A stretch of DNA of 64,000 bases from Bacteroidaceae bacterium (GTDB lineage Bacteria; Bacteroidota; Bacteroidia; Bacteroidales; Bacteroidaceae): NCBI GenBank assembly GCA_045589695.1, contig JAZNPP010000056.1, positions 2,100-66,099 of the forward strand, written 5' to 3'. The translations under genes were made by a program, and so were the position numbers. Positions 45,656-53,672 of this stretch are shown piece by piece (within the stretch, counting starts at the first letter, position 1; each line of letters opens with the position of its first letter). The notes under the pieces were generated by a model, which ran no database searches, was not told the DNA's origin, and was given only the letters and a program-made list of their open reading frames with translations.

Positions 45656-46319
45656 CATTCTTCTGCTGACGCCCGCGGGACTTTCGGCGCAAGACAAGGA
45701 GGAGAAGGCTAAGAAAGAGAATGAATACAAGTTCTTCTCATTCAACGGCATGGGCGTCTCGGCCGACCTGTTCGGGCTTGTATATTCATTAATTGGCGAA
45801 TACACGAGCGCAGAGGGCGCATTGGAATTCAACATAGGCAACAGGCTCTACCCCATCGCTGAGGTCGGATACGGATGGTGCAACCACACCGACGAGACAA
45901 GCGGCATACACTACAAAAGCGCGGCGCCATACTATAAGGTAGGAATAAACTACAACTTTTTCACAAAAAGAGAAAACCCTAACCCGAAACACTATATATA
46001 CGGCCTGGCACGCTTCTGCTGGAGCGACTTCAAGTATGACCTTGACACTCCCGACATAACCGACCCCGTATGGGGCAACGCCGCATCGCTGCATCTTCGG
46101 GATGTAGAGGGAGCCAGCATGTGGGCCGAGGTCGGGGCAGGTATAAAAGTAAAGATAGCCAAAGGCTTTCACATGGGTTGGAGCATACGCTACAAGTTCC
46201 GAATTACCGAGAAGAACGGCCCCAATTCAAAGATTTGGTACATTCCCGGCTACGGAATAAACAAAAGCACATGCTTCGGCGGAACATACAGCCTTATTTA
46301 CGATATACCGTTCAGGTAA
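45609..46319 (+). CDS. putative outer-membrane beta-barrel protein of unknown function
   Basis: 236-aa ORF. The likely start is 45624 (MRILSCILFSSILLLTPAGLSAQ signal peptide). It has alternating aromatic beta pattern and a terminal ...YDIPFR. It overlaps the preceding ORF. Confidence 0.5.
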   Translation: MTTTTMRILSCILFSSILLLTPAGLSAQDKEEKAKKENEYKFFSFNGMGVSADLFGLVYSLIGEYTSAEGALEFNIGNRLYPIAEVGYGWCNHTDETSGIHYKSAAPYYKVGINYNFFTKRENPNPKHYIYGLARFCWSDFKYDLDTPDITDPVWGNAASLHLRDVEGASMWAEVGAGIKVKIAKGFHMGWSIRYKFRITEKNGPNSKIWYIPGYGINKSTCFGGTYSLIYDIPFR

Positions 46320-46368
46320 CGAGGAACGATAAGCGATTAACGATGTTTAAGAAGAAAAGGAAACAGCA

Positions 46369-47379
46369 ATGAACGGAAAACTTAACGCATGGAAAATAGC
46401 ATTTCTTATTTTCCTTATTATAGCTACCATATTTATATTAGGAAAACAGAAGCCTTACATCACCAATAGAGGAACGGTGTTCGGCACATATTACAACGTA
46501 ACGTACAGCAGTGACAAGGACTTGCATGAGGAGATAAAGAAGAGCCTTATGCAAGTAGACAATTCATTGTCTCCGTTCAACAAGAATTCGGTCATAAGCG
46601 CCATAAACAACAACTGCGACACATTGCCCGACAGGATGTTCGTTCATGTGTTCAACCTCGCGCAAGAGATTTCGGCGAAGACCTGCGGCGCATTCGACAT
46701 TACCGTCGCTCCGCTTGTGAACGCATGGGGCTTCGGCTTCAAGAAAGGCATTAATCCCGACAGCGCCGCAATAGATTCATTACGCCGTTTCATAGGTTAC
46801 AAAGGCGTAGCCCTCAGCAACGGCAAAATAAGAAAGACTCACTCTCAAACCATGCTCGACTGCAGCGCTATAGCTAAAGGGTACGGATGCGACGCCGTGG
46901 CTGAAACGCTTGAGGCCAACGGCGTAAAGAACTACATGGTAGAGATTGGAGGCGAGGTTGCAACGAAAGGTGTGAACGGCAAAGGCGGCAATTGGAATAT
47001 AGGCATAAGCAAACCTACAGACAATGCGACCTCAAGCAACAACGAACTGCATGAGATAGTAAGCATCACCGGCAAGAGCCTTGCCACTTCGGGCAACTAC
47101 CGCAATTTCCGTTACGAAGGCAAGAAGAAACTGGCACACACCATTGACCCCTGCACGGGTTACCCGGTACAGCACAGTCTCCTTTCAGCGACCGTCATCG
47201 CGGACGACTGCGCGACGGCCGACGCATACGCAACCGCATTTATGGTAATGGGGCTTGAAAAAGCGATGGAACTATGCGAAAATACAGAGGAGATAGACGC
47301 CTACTTCATATATTCCGAAGAGAACGGCGACCTGAAGACAAAAATGTCCGAAGGTTTCGCGAGATATTTAAAAAAGTAA
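46369..47379 (+). CDS. apbE: FAD:protein FMN transferase
   Basis: 336-aa ORF with GAFDITVAPLVNAWGFG, the LDCSAIAKGYG block, SLATSGNYRNF and DAYATAFMVMG blocks of ApbE. Confidence 0.85.
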   Translation: MNGKLNAWKIAFLIFLIIATIFILGKQKPYITNRGTVFGTYYNVTYSSDKDLHEEIKKSLMQVDNSLSPFNKNSVISAINNNCDTLPDRMFVHVFNLAQEISAKTCGAFDITVAPLVNAWGFGFKKGINPDSAAIDSLRRFIGYKGVALSNGKIRKTHSQTMLDCSAIAKGYGCDAVAETLEANGVKNYMVEIGGEVATKGVNGKGGNWNIGISKPTDNATSSNNELHEIVSITGKSLATSGNYRNFRYEGKKKLAHTIDPCTGYPVQHSLLSATVIADDCATADAYATAFMVMGLEKAMELCENTEEIDAYFIYSEENGDLKTKMSEGFARYLKK

Positions 47380-47457
47380 CCGCCTTCAACCGGTTAATGT
47401 CGATTGCGGCAGTTACATTATTATTCCGTTCTTATAAATAAGCAAGCCATTAAGCTA

Positions 47458-48060
47458 TCAGCTGAGCGTGTCGATGAAGTGCAGCAGGTTCGAAGTGAAG
47501 AGCTTTACCGAAATCGCCAACAGTATTATTCCGAAGAACTTTCTTGTAAAATAGATGCCTCCTTTACCGAGCAGCCTCTGCAAGTAAGCCGTAGAACGCA
47601 GCATGAAGAACACCACCACGGAATTCACGAGCAAGGCAAGGAGAATGTTTATCGCGCTGTACTCAGCTTTTAACGATAGAAGCGTCGTGAAAGAACCTGC
47701 GCCCGCAAGCAGAGGAAATACAAGCGGCACCATTGTCGCATCCTTAGCCGCAATTGAGGAGTCCTTGAAAATCTCGATGTCAAGCACCATTTCAATGGCC
47801 ATAAGGAATATAATCAAAGCGCCGGCCACTGCGAACGAATTTATATCGACACCGAAAAGGTTAAGTATCCAGTCTCCCAAAAAGAAGAAAAGAAACATCA
47901 GGCCGAATGCGTAAAAGACGGCCTTCTTGGGTTCAATGACCTTACCTTTATCACGGATTGACAACACTATAGGCATGATGCCTATCGGGTCTATTACTGC
48001 AAAAAGCACTATGAAAGCGCTCAAAAAATCAACAAAGTTGAAAGAAGCGAAAAAATCCAT
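47458..48060 (-). CDS. MarC family (UPF0056) membrane protein
   Basis: 200-aa six-TM ORF. FAVIDPIGIMPIVLS near the N-terminus is typical of MarC/NAAT proteins. Confidence 0.78.
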   Translation of the reverse strand: MDFFASFNFVDFLSAFIVLFAVIDPIGIMPIVLSIRDKGKVIEPKKAVFYAFGLMFLFFFLGDWILNLFGVDINSFAVAGALIIFLMAIEMVLDIEIFKDSSIAAKDATMVPLVFPLLAGAGSFTTLLSLKAEYSAINILLALLVNSVVVFFMLRSTAYLQRLLGKGGIYFTRKFFGIILLAISVKLFTSNLLHFIDTLS

Positions 48061-48124
48061 ATCATTAATTGATTAGTTGCCTCATGCGCCCTTTGCGAAC
48101 AAGCGGCTGAGGCTGTTTCCGTTG

Positions 48125-48132
48125 CAAAACTA
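48125..48132 (-). promoter_or_regulatory. -7 promoter box for the marC-family gene
   Basis: The minus strand reads TAGTTTTG, 65 nt upstream of the ATG at 48060. Confidence 0.4.
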
Positions 48133-48261
48133 CTAATAAAAAGTCATTATCGAAAATAGTAACGCTTCAAAATGCGGCATGAGAAGAAATAAGACACAAA
48201 AAAAGATGTATACATATTAAAAATATCAGCAACAAATAGCTGTTATTTAACAAATTTATTG

Positions 48262-48269
48262 TACCTTTG
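48262..48269 (+). promoter_or_regulatory. -7 promoter box for rpsA
   Basis: TACCTTTG, embedded in the same ATTGTACCTTTG context as the box at 34347, 51 nt before the rpsA ATG. Confidence 0.55.
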
Positions 48270-48319
48270 TGCCCGAATTCTATCAACATAATGTCTAACT
48301 CATTAACTTTTAAAAAATT

Positions 48320-50113
48320 ATGAGCGAAATTCTAACAGGTACACCCGATTTCAATTGGGAAGAGTACGCAAAAGGTGAGAACATCTCAGGTCTCTCACAC
48401 GAAGAGCTTGAAAAAGCTTATGGCACAACCCTTAACAAGGTATCAAGCCGTGAAGTAGTTAATGGTACAGTTATCGGTATCAACAAGCGTGAAGTTATTG
48501 TAGACATCAACTACAAGCAGGACGCGATTATTCCTATCAGCGAGTTCCGTTACAACCCGGACCTCAAAATAGGCGACCAGGTTGAGGTTTATATCGAGAA
48601 CCTCGAAGACAAGAAAGGTCAGTTGAACCTTTCACACAAGAAAGCGCGCGCAAGCCGTTCTTGGGAGCTTGTAAACAAAGCTATGGAAGAGCAGGCAGTT
48701 GTACGCGGCTACATCAAGTGCCGCACTAAGGGCGGTATGATCGTTGATGTATTCGGCATTGAGGCATTCTTGCCCGGTTCACAGATTGACGTTAAGCCTA
48801 TCCGTGACTACGACGCATACGTTGGCCAGACCGAAGACTTCAAAATCGTTAAGATCAATCAGGAATTCAAGAACGTTGTCGTTTCTCACAAGGCACTCAT
48901 TGAGGCTGAGCTTGAGGAGCAGAAGAAGAAGATCATCAGCACACTCGAGAAGGGTCAGGTACTTGAGGGTACAGTCAAGAACATCACTTCTTACGGTGTA
49001 TTCATCGACCTCGGCGGCGTTGACGGTCTTATCCACATCACAGACCTCTCTTGGGGCCGCGTAAACGATCCTACAGAGGTTGTTACTCTCGACCAGAAGA
49101 TCAATGTCGTTATCCTCGACTTCGACGACGAGAAGAAGCGCATTGCTCTCGGCTTGAAGCAGCTCACTCCGCACCCCTGGGACGCTATCGACCCGAATTT
49201 GAAGGTTGGCGACGTAGTTAAGGGCAAGGTTGTGGTTATGGCTGACTACGGCGCATTCATCGAAATCGCTCCGGGCGTTGAGGGCCTTATCCACGTTTCA
49301 GAAATGTCATGGAACCAGCACTTGCGTTCAGCTCAGGACTTCATGAAAGTCGGCGAAGAAGTCGAGGCAGTCATTCTCACACTCGACCGTGACGAGCGCA
49401 AGATGTCACTCGGCATCAAACAGCTTAAGGAAGATCCTTGGGCAAACATCGAGGAGAAATACCCTGTCGGCTCTAAGCACTCTGCAAAGGTACGCAACTT
49501 CACGAACTTCGGCATCTTCGTTGAAATCGAGGAAGGCGTTGACGGCTTGATTCACATCAGCGACCTCTCTTGGACAAAGAAGGTTAAGCACCCGTCAGAG
49601 TTCACTCAGATCGGTGAGATTATCGACGTTCAGGTACTTGAGATTGACAAGGAGAACCGTCGTTTGAGCCTTGGCCACAAGCAACTCGAAGAGAACCCCT
49701 GGGATGTATTCGAGACAGTATTCACTGTAGGTTCTATCCATGAAGGCGTTATTACAGAGCTCATCGACAAGGGCGCGGTTGTATCTCTCCCCTACGGCGT
49801 AGAGGGATTCGCTACTCCTAAGCACCTCGTAAAGGAGGACGGCTCACAGGCTGCCGCTGACGAGAAACTCTCTTTCAAGGTTATCGAGTTCAACAAGGAA
49901 GCTAAGAGAATCATCCTTTCTCACAGCCGCATTTTCGAAGATGCAGCTAAGGAGGAGGAGAAGGCTGAGAAGAAGGCGGGTGCAGCAGCTCGCAAGAGCA
50001 AGAAGGCTGCAGAGGAGGCAACTCCCGCTATTCAGAACCAGGCAGCTTCAACAACTCTTGGCGACATCGACGCGCTTGCAGCTCTCAAGAGCAAGCTCGA
50101 GGCTGGTGAATAA
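48320..50113 (+). CDS. rpsA: 30S ribosomal protein S1
   Basis: 597-aa ORF with six S1 repeats (for example GTVKNITSYGVFIDLGGVDGLIHITDLSW) and a Lys/Ala-rich tail. Confidence 0.93.
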   Translation: MSEILTGTPDFNWEEYAKGENISGLSHEELEKAYGTTLNKVSSREVVNGTVIGINKREVIVDINYKQDAIIPISEFRYNPDLKIGDQVEVYIENLEDKKGQLNLSHKKARASRSWELVNKAMEEQAVVRGYIKCRTKGGMIVDVFGIEAFLPGSQIDVKPIRDYDAYVGQTEDFKIVKINQEFKNVVVSHKALIEAELEEQKKKIISTLEKGQVLEGTVKNITSYGVFIDLGGVDGLIHITDLSWGRVNDPTEVVTLDQKINVVILDFDDEKKRIALGLKQLTPHPWDAIDPNLKVGDVVKGKVVVMADYGAFIEIAPGVEGLIHVSEMSWNQHLRSAQDFMKVGEEVEAVILTLDRDERKMSLGIKQLKEDPWANIEEKYPVGSKHSAKVRNFTNFGIFVEIEEGVDGLIHISDLSWTKKVKHPSEFTQIGEIIDVQVLEIDKENRRLSLGHKQLEENPWDVFETVFTVGSIHEGVITELIDKGAVVSLPYGVEGFATPKHLVKEDGSQAAADEKLSFKVIEFNKEAKRIILSHSRIFEDAAKEEEKAEKKAGAAARKSKKAAEEATPAIQNQAASTTLGDIDALAALKSKLEAGE

Positions 50114-50136
50114 TCAGTTCAGACAATACTATCAGG

Positions 50137-50171
50137 AACAGGCCGCCACAAAAGGCGGTCTGTTCTTTTTT
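50137..50171 (+). terminator. intrinsic terminator after rpsA
   Basis: AACAGGCCGCC-ACAAAA-GGCGGTCTGTT (one G-U) followed by CTTTTTT. Confidence 0.85.
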
Positions 50172-50200
50172 CATACAATACTTGCATATCTATCTCCTGA

Positions 50201-51133
50201 ATGCTAAATTTGCGGACGATGGAACCGTTCGAAGTACATATATTAGGATGCGGTTCGGCGCTGCCTACCACACGCCACAACGCAAGTTCGCAAGTCGTAA
50301 AGATTGGCAACAAACTCTTCATGATTGACTGCGGAGAGGGCACTCAACTGCAATTGCGTAGAGGACACATCCACTTCTCATTCATAAACCATATATTCAT
50401 AACGCACCTTCACGGCGACCACAGTTTCGGCCTTATCGGCCTCATATCGACATTCGGTCTCTTAGGACGCACGGCCCCTTTGCATATATATGCCGACCCC
50501 ATGCTTGAGAAAATCATGAGGCCGCAACTGGACTTCTACTGCAAGGATATAAAATACCCGTTGTTCTTTCATGGCATAGACGCGGGCAAGCAGGATATAA
50601 TATTCGAGGACAACACCGTTACGGTAGAAACAATACCTCTCAGCCACAGAATGCCATGTTGCGGGTTCCTTTTCAAAGAGAAGCCGAAAAAACGTCATTT
50701 GCTTGGCGATGCGGCAAACTACTACAACATACCGGCATACATGCGTACCGCCATAAAAGAGGGCGCCGACTTCACCACGACCGAAGGCAAGACGATACCC
50801 AACAACCAGCTCACAAGAGAGCCGGACCCGTCACGCAGCTATGCCTACTGCAGCGACACGAAGCCATGCCCAGCCATATGCAAGCAGATTGAGGGAGCCG
50901 ACTTGCTTTACCACGAGGCGACATTCGCCGAAAGCGAGAAAGGACGTGCGAGACAGACATTCCACAGCACAGCAAGAGAAGCCGCGGAGATAGCCATGAG
51001 AGCGAACGTGAAAAGGCTCATCATCGGACATTATTCTTCGCGCTATGAAGACGAGAGCGTTCTTCTGAGCGAAGCAATGGAGGTTTTCCCCAACAGTTGC
51101 TGCAGCGACGAAGGAATGGTGTTCAATGTATGA
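50201..51133 (+). CDS. rnz: ribonuclease Z
   Basis: 310-aa ORF with metallo-beta-lactamase motif THLHGDH and MEPFEVHILGCGSALPT. The start is ambiguous between 50201 and 50219 (see findings). Confidence 0.88.
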   Translation: MLNLRTMEPFEVHILGCGSALPTTRHNASSQVVKIGNKLFMIDCGEGTQLQLRRGHIHFSFINHIFITHLHGDHSFGLIGLISTFGLLGRTAPLHIYADPMLEKIMRPQLDFYCKDIKYPLFFHGIDAGKQDIIFEDNTVTVETIPLSHRMPCCGFLFKEKPKKRHLLGDAANYYNIPAYMRTAIKEGADFTTTEGKTIPNNQLTREPDPSRSYAYCSDTKPCPAICKQIEGADLLYHEATFAESEKGRARQTFHSTAREAAEIAMRANVKRLIIGHYSSRYEDESVLLSEAMEVFPNSCCSDEGMVFNV

Positions 51134-51218
51134 AGAGCTAAATAAATAAATTAATTCATACCGGCATTAAACCCGAACGTTTGTCTCAAGTCTAATAAAA
51201 GACAAAACAAAGAAAACG

Positions 51219-51773
51219 GTGAACAGCACAGAATACAATGAGCGATTGATAGCCAAGCAGCTTAAGGATAAAAACTTAAGAAGTGCCGCTTTTTCGCTTA
51301 TCGTAGACAAGTACAGCCGAAAGATATATTCCCACATACGCAACATGGTGCTGTCGCACGAAGACGCCGACGACCTTGTCCAGGAGACATTCATAAAGGC
51401 ATGGAGCAACATCGACAAGTTCAGAGGCGACTCCAAGATATCGACATGGCTCTACCGTATAGCCATAAACGAGACACTTACATTTCTAAGAAAGAACCGC
51501 AATAATACAGTTTCGCTAAGCGGTTGCGAAACCGAGGTAGCCGATATGATTGTTGGCGACAGCCACTTCAACGGAGACAGAGCGGAAGCGTTGTTCAGGG
51601 AAGCCGTAAGCCGCTTGCCGAACAAGCAGAGACTTGCTTTCAACATGAAATATTTCGAAGAAATGTCATACGAAGAGATGTCGAGCATCATGGGTACGAG
51701 CGTAGGAGCATTGAAAGCGTCGTACCACATTGCAGTAAAGAAAATTGAACAATATATCAGCGAAAAGAATTAA
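51219..51773 (+). CDS. ECF-type RNA polymerase sigma-70 family factor
   Basis: 184-aa ORF with region 2 DADDLVQETFIKAW and region 4 HTH SYEEMSSIMGTSVGALKASYHIAVKKI. It has a GTG start (no in-frame ATG upstream of region 2). Confidence 0.85.
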   Translation: MNSTEYNERLIAKQLKDKNLRSAAFSLIVDKYSRKIYSHIRNMVLSHEDADDLVQETFIKAWSNIDKFRGDSKISTWLYRIAINETLTFLRKNRNNTVSLSGCETEVADMIVGDSHFNGDRAEALFREAVSRLPNKQRLAFNMKYFEEMSYEEMSSIMGTSVGALKASYHIAVKKIEQYISEKN

Positions 51774-51844
51774 ACTTCAAAACTATTTTGACATCAAATA
51801 GAAAGAAACAGAAAATCTTTCGCAATAATACGGAGATATAAAAG

Positions 51845-52204
51845 ATGAATTTGGAAAATTACAAAAAAAAGAGCGGCTTCACAGTTCCCGACGGCTACTT
51901 CGAAAAGCTTGAGAGCGAGATAAAAAGAGCCACATGCCACAAAAGCGGAGAGCCGGAAAAGAAGAAGACGATTTTCACCGGTTTCATGCGCTATGCGGCC
52001 ATGATCGCAATTGTGTTCGCTGCTGCAGCCGGCATAATATACAATTACGCCGATGCCCCTGCCGCGTTCTTCACAAACGGCAGTCCTGTTGCGGAAATGA
52101 GCAACGCTTTAGAGGACAACGAGTATATCGGGAACATGCTTGCGGAGTACCCTATAGATGAATATACATTCTACTGCTACATGACAGATTCAGACAACTA
52201 TTAA
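51845..52204 (+). CDS. small single-pass membrane protein, possible anti-sigma partner
   Basis: 119-aa ORF with one TM helix (YAAMIAIVFAAAAGIIY). The call rests on its position directly after the ECF sigma gene only. Confidence 0.4.
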   Translation: MNLENYKKKSGFTVPDGYFEKLESEIKRATCHKSGEPEKKKTIFTGFMRYAAMIAIVFAAAAGIIYNYADAPAAFFTNGSPVAEMSNALEDNEYIGNMLAEYPIDEYTFYCYMTDSDNY

Positions 52205-52215
52205 AAAAAGAACAT

Positions 52216-52704
52216 ATGAGAAAAGTCATATTCGCAGCCATATTGGCAATGATTACAATGAATGCCGCTACTGCTCAGGAGCAGAAAAAGCCGCAGGAGA
52301 GAAAAAGATTCTCACACGAGGAATATCAAGAGAAACAGCGCAGCTACATAACAGAGAAAGCGCATCTTACAGAAGGGGAAGCCGAAGCGTTCTTCCCGCT
52401 GTTCTTTGAACTTCAGAAAAAGAAATTCGAAATAGAACGCAACGTACGCAAAGGCATAAAGAGAGAACGCGGCGAAAAGATGACCGAGGAGCAATGCCGT
52501 GAATTTGTATACCGCATGGCCGATTCCAAGATTGAGATAGCGAAGCTCGAAAGGGAATACACCGACAAATACCTTAAAGTCGTAAGCCCATGCAAGCTTC
52601 AGCGCATACAGTACGCCGAACATTCATTCCAGCGTGACCTCATGGAAAAGATGATACGCAACCGTAATAACAAAGCCTCGGAATGCAAGCCCCAAAAGAA
52701 CTAA
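52216..52704 (+). CDS. secreted charged helical protein (Spy/CpxP-like periplasmic protein, tentative)
   Basis: 162-aa ORF with a signal peptide (NAATAQ) and highly charged Glu/Lys/Arg helices. It is the third gene of the sigma module. Confidence 0.45.
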   Translation: MRKVIFAAILAMITMNAATAQEQKKPQERKRFSHEEYQEKQRSYITEKAHLTEGEAEAFFPLFFELQKKKFEIERNVRKGIKRERGEKMTEEQCREFVYRMADSKIEIAKLEREYTDKYLKVVSPCKLQRIQYAEHSFQRDLMEKMIRNRNNKASECKPQKN

Positions 52705-52721
52705 CACGCTAAATATCAATT

Positions 52722-52754
52722 AAAAGGCGACAACTGTTCTGGTTGTCGCCTTTT
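52722..52754. terminator. bidirectional terminator between the sigma module and mazG
   Basis: 13-bp stem AAAAGGCGACAAC-TGTTCTG-GTTGTCGCCTTTT, with A-run and T-run built into the arms. It sits between convergent genes. Confidence 0.85.
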
Positions 52755-52791
52755 AATTTACATAAACTCTTTTTACTTCTTAGAAACACCG

Positions 52792-53574
52792 TCATTCGCC
52801 TCTTTTCGCTTCGTTCCAAAGCTCGTCCATTTCGGCAAGCGGCATATCACGCAAATTCCTCCCTTGCTCTTTCGAGCGTTGCTCTACATACGTGAAACGG
52901 CTACGGAATTTTGCATTTGTCAATTCAAGAGCATTGTCCGGATTTATATCATATAGCCTTGCCGCATTCACAAGACTGAAGAGCAGGTCGCCGAACTCCT
53001 TCTCGCAGTTCTCCTTATCGCCGCTTTTCATTTCGGCTTCAACCTCGACGATTTCCTCCTTGACCTTTGCCCAGACATCCTCTTTTTTCTCCCAATCGAA
53101 GCCCACGTTCGCGGCTTTTTCCTGCATTCTGAACGCCTTAATCAAAGAAGGCATTGAGTTCGGGACACCGCTGAGAATACTCTTGTTGCCGTCTTTTTCC
53201 GTCATCTTCAACTGCTCCCAATTCTTGCAAACTTCACCAGCCGTTTCGGCTACAACTTCACCGAAAACATGCGGATGGCGGTATATTAATTTGTCGCACA
53301 AACGGTCACAGACATCCTTCAGGTCGAACTGTTCCTTTTCACTTGCGATCTTAGCGTAAAAAGCTACGTGAAGAAGCACGTCGCCAAGTTCTTTGCATAT
53401 GTTAGGCACATCGTCGGCGACGAGGGCGTCGGAAAGTTCAAAGCACTCTTCAATGGTATTCGGACGCAAACTGCTGTTTGTCTGCTTCCTGTCCCAGGGA
53501 CATTTCTCGCGCAATTCGTCAAGAACATCCAAAAAACGGCTGAAAGCCTCTAAAATTTCATTTCTGCTATGCAT
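52792..53574 (-). CDS. mazG: nucleoside triphosphate pyrophosphohydrolase MazG
   Basis: 260-aa ORF with tandem MazG repeats: CPWDRKQT, EECFELSDA, ELGDVLLHV, and a second EEIVEVEAEM ... EFGDLLFSLVN. Confidence 0.88.
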   Translation of the reverse strand: MHSRNEILEAFSRFLDVLDELREKCPWDRKQTNSSLRPNTIEECFELSDALVADDVPNICKELGDVLLHVAFYAKIASEKEQFDLKDVCDRLCDKLIYRHPHVFGEVVAETAGEVCKNWEQLKMTEKDGNKSILSGVPNSMPSLIKAFRMQEKAANVGFDWEKKEDVWAKVKEEIVEVEAEMKSGDKENCEKEFGDLLFSLVNAARLYDINPDNALELTNAKFRSRFTYVEQRSKEQGRNLRDMPLAEMDELWNEAKRGE

Positions 53575-53594
53575 TTTTTCATTTATTTACGCTG

Positions 53595-53602
53595 CGAAGA
53601 TA
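53595..53602 (-). promoter_or_regulatory. -7 promoter box for mazG
   Basis: The minus strand reads TATCTTCG, 21 nt upstream of the ATG at 53574. Confidence 0.5.
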
Positions 53603-53622
53603 AATAATTTAATAATAATAAT

Positions 53623-53630
53623 TAACTTTG
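53623..53630 (+). promoter_or_regulatory. -7 promoter box for valS
   Basis: TAACTTTG, 43 nt before the valS ATG. A second candidate, TAAATTCG, lies at 53640-53647. Confidence 0.45.
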
Positions 53631-53672
53631 CAGATAGTATAAATTCGGATAATTATATAAAATTAAAATATC

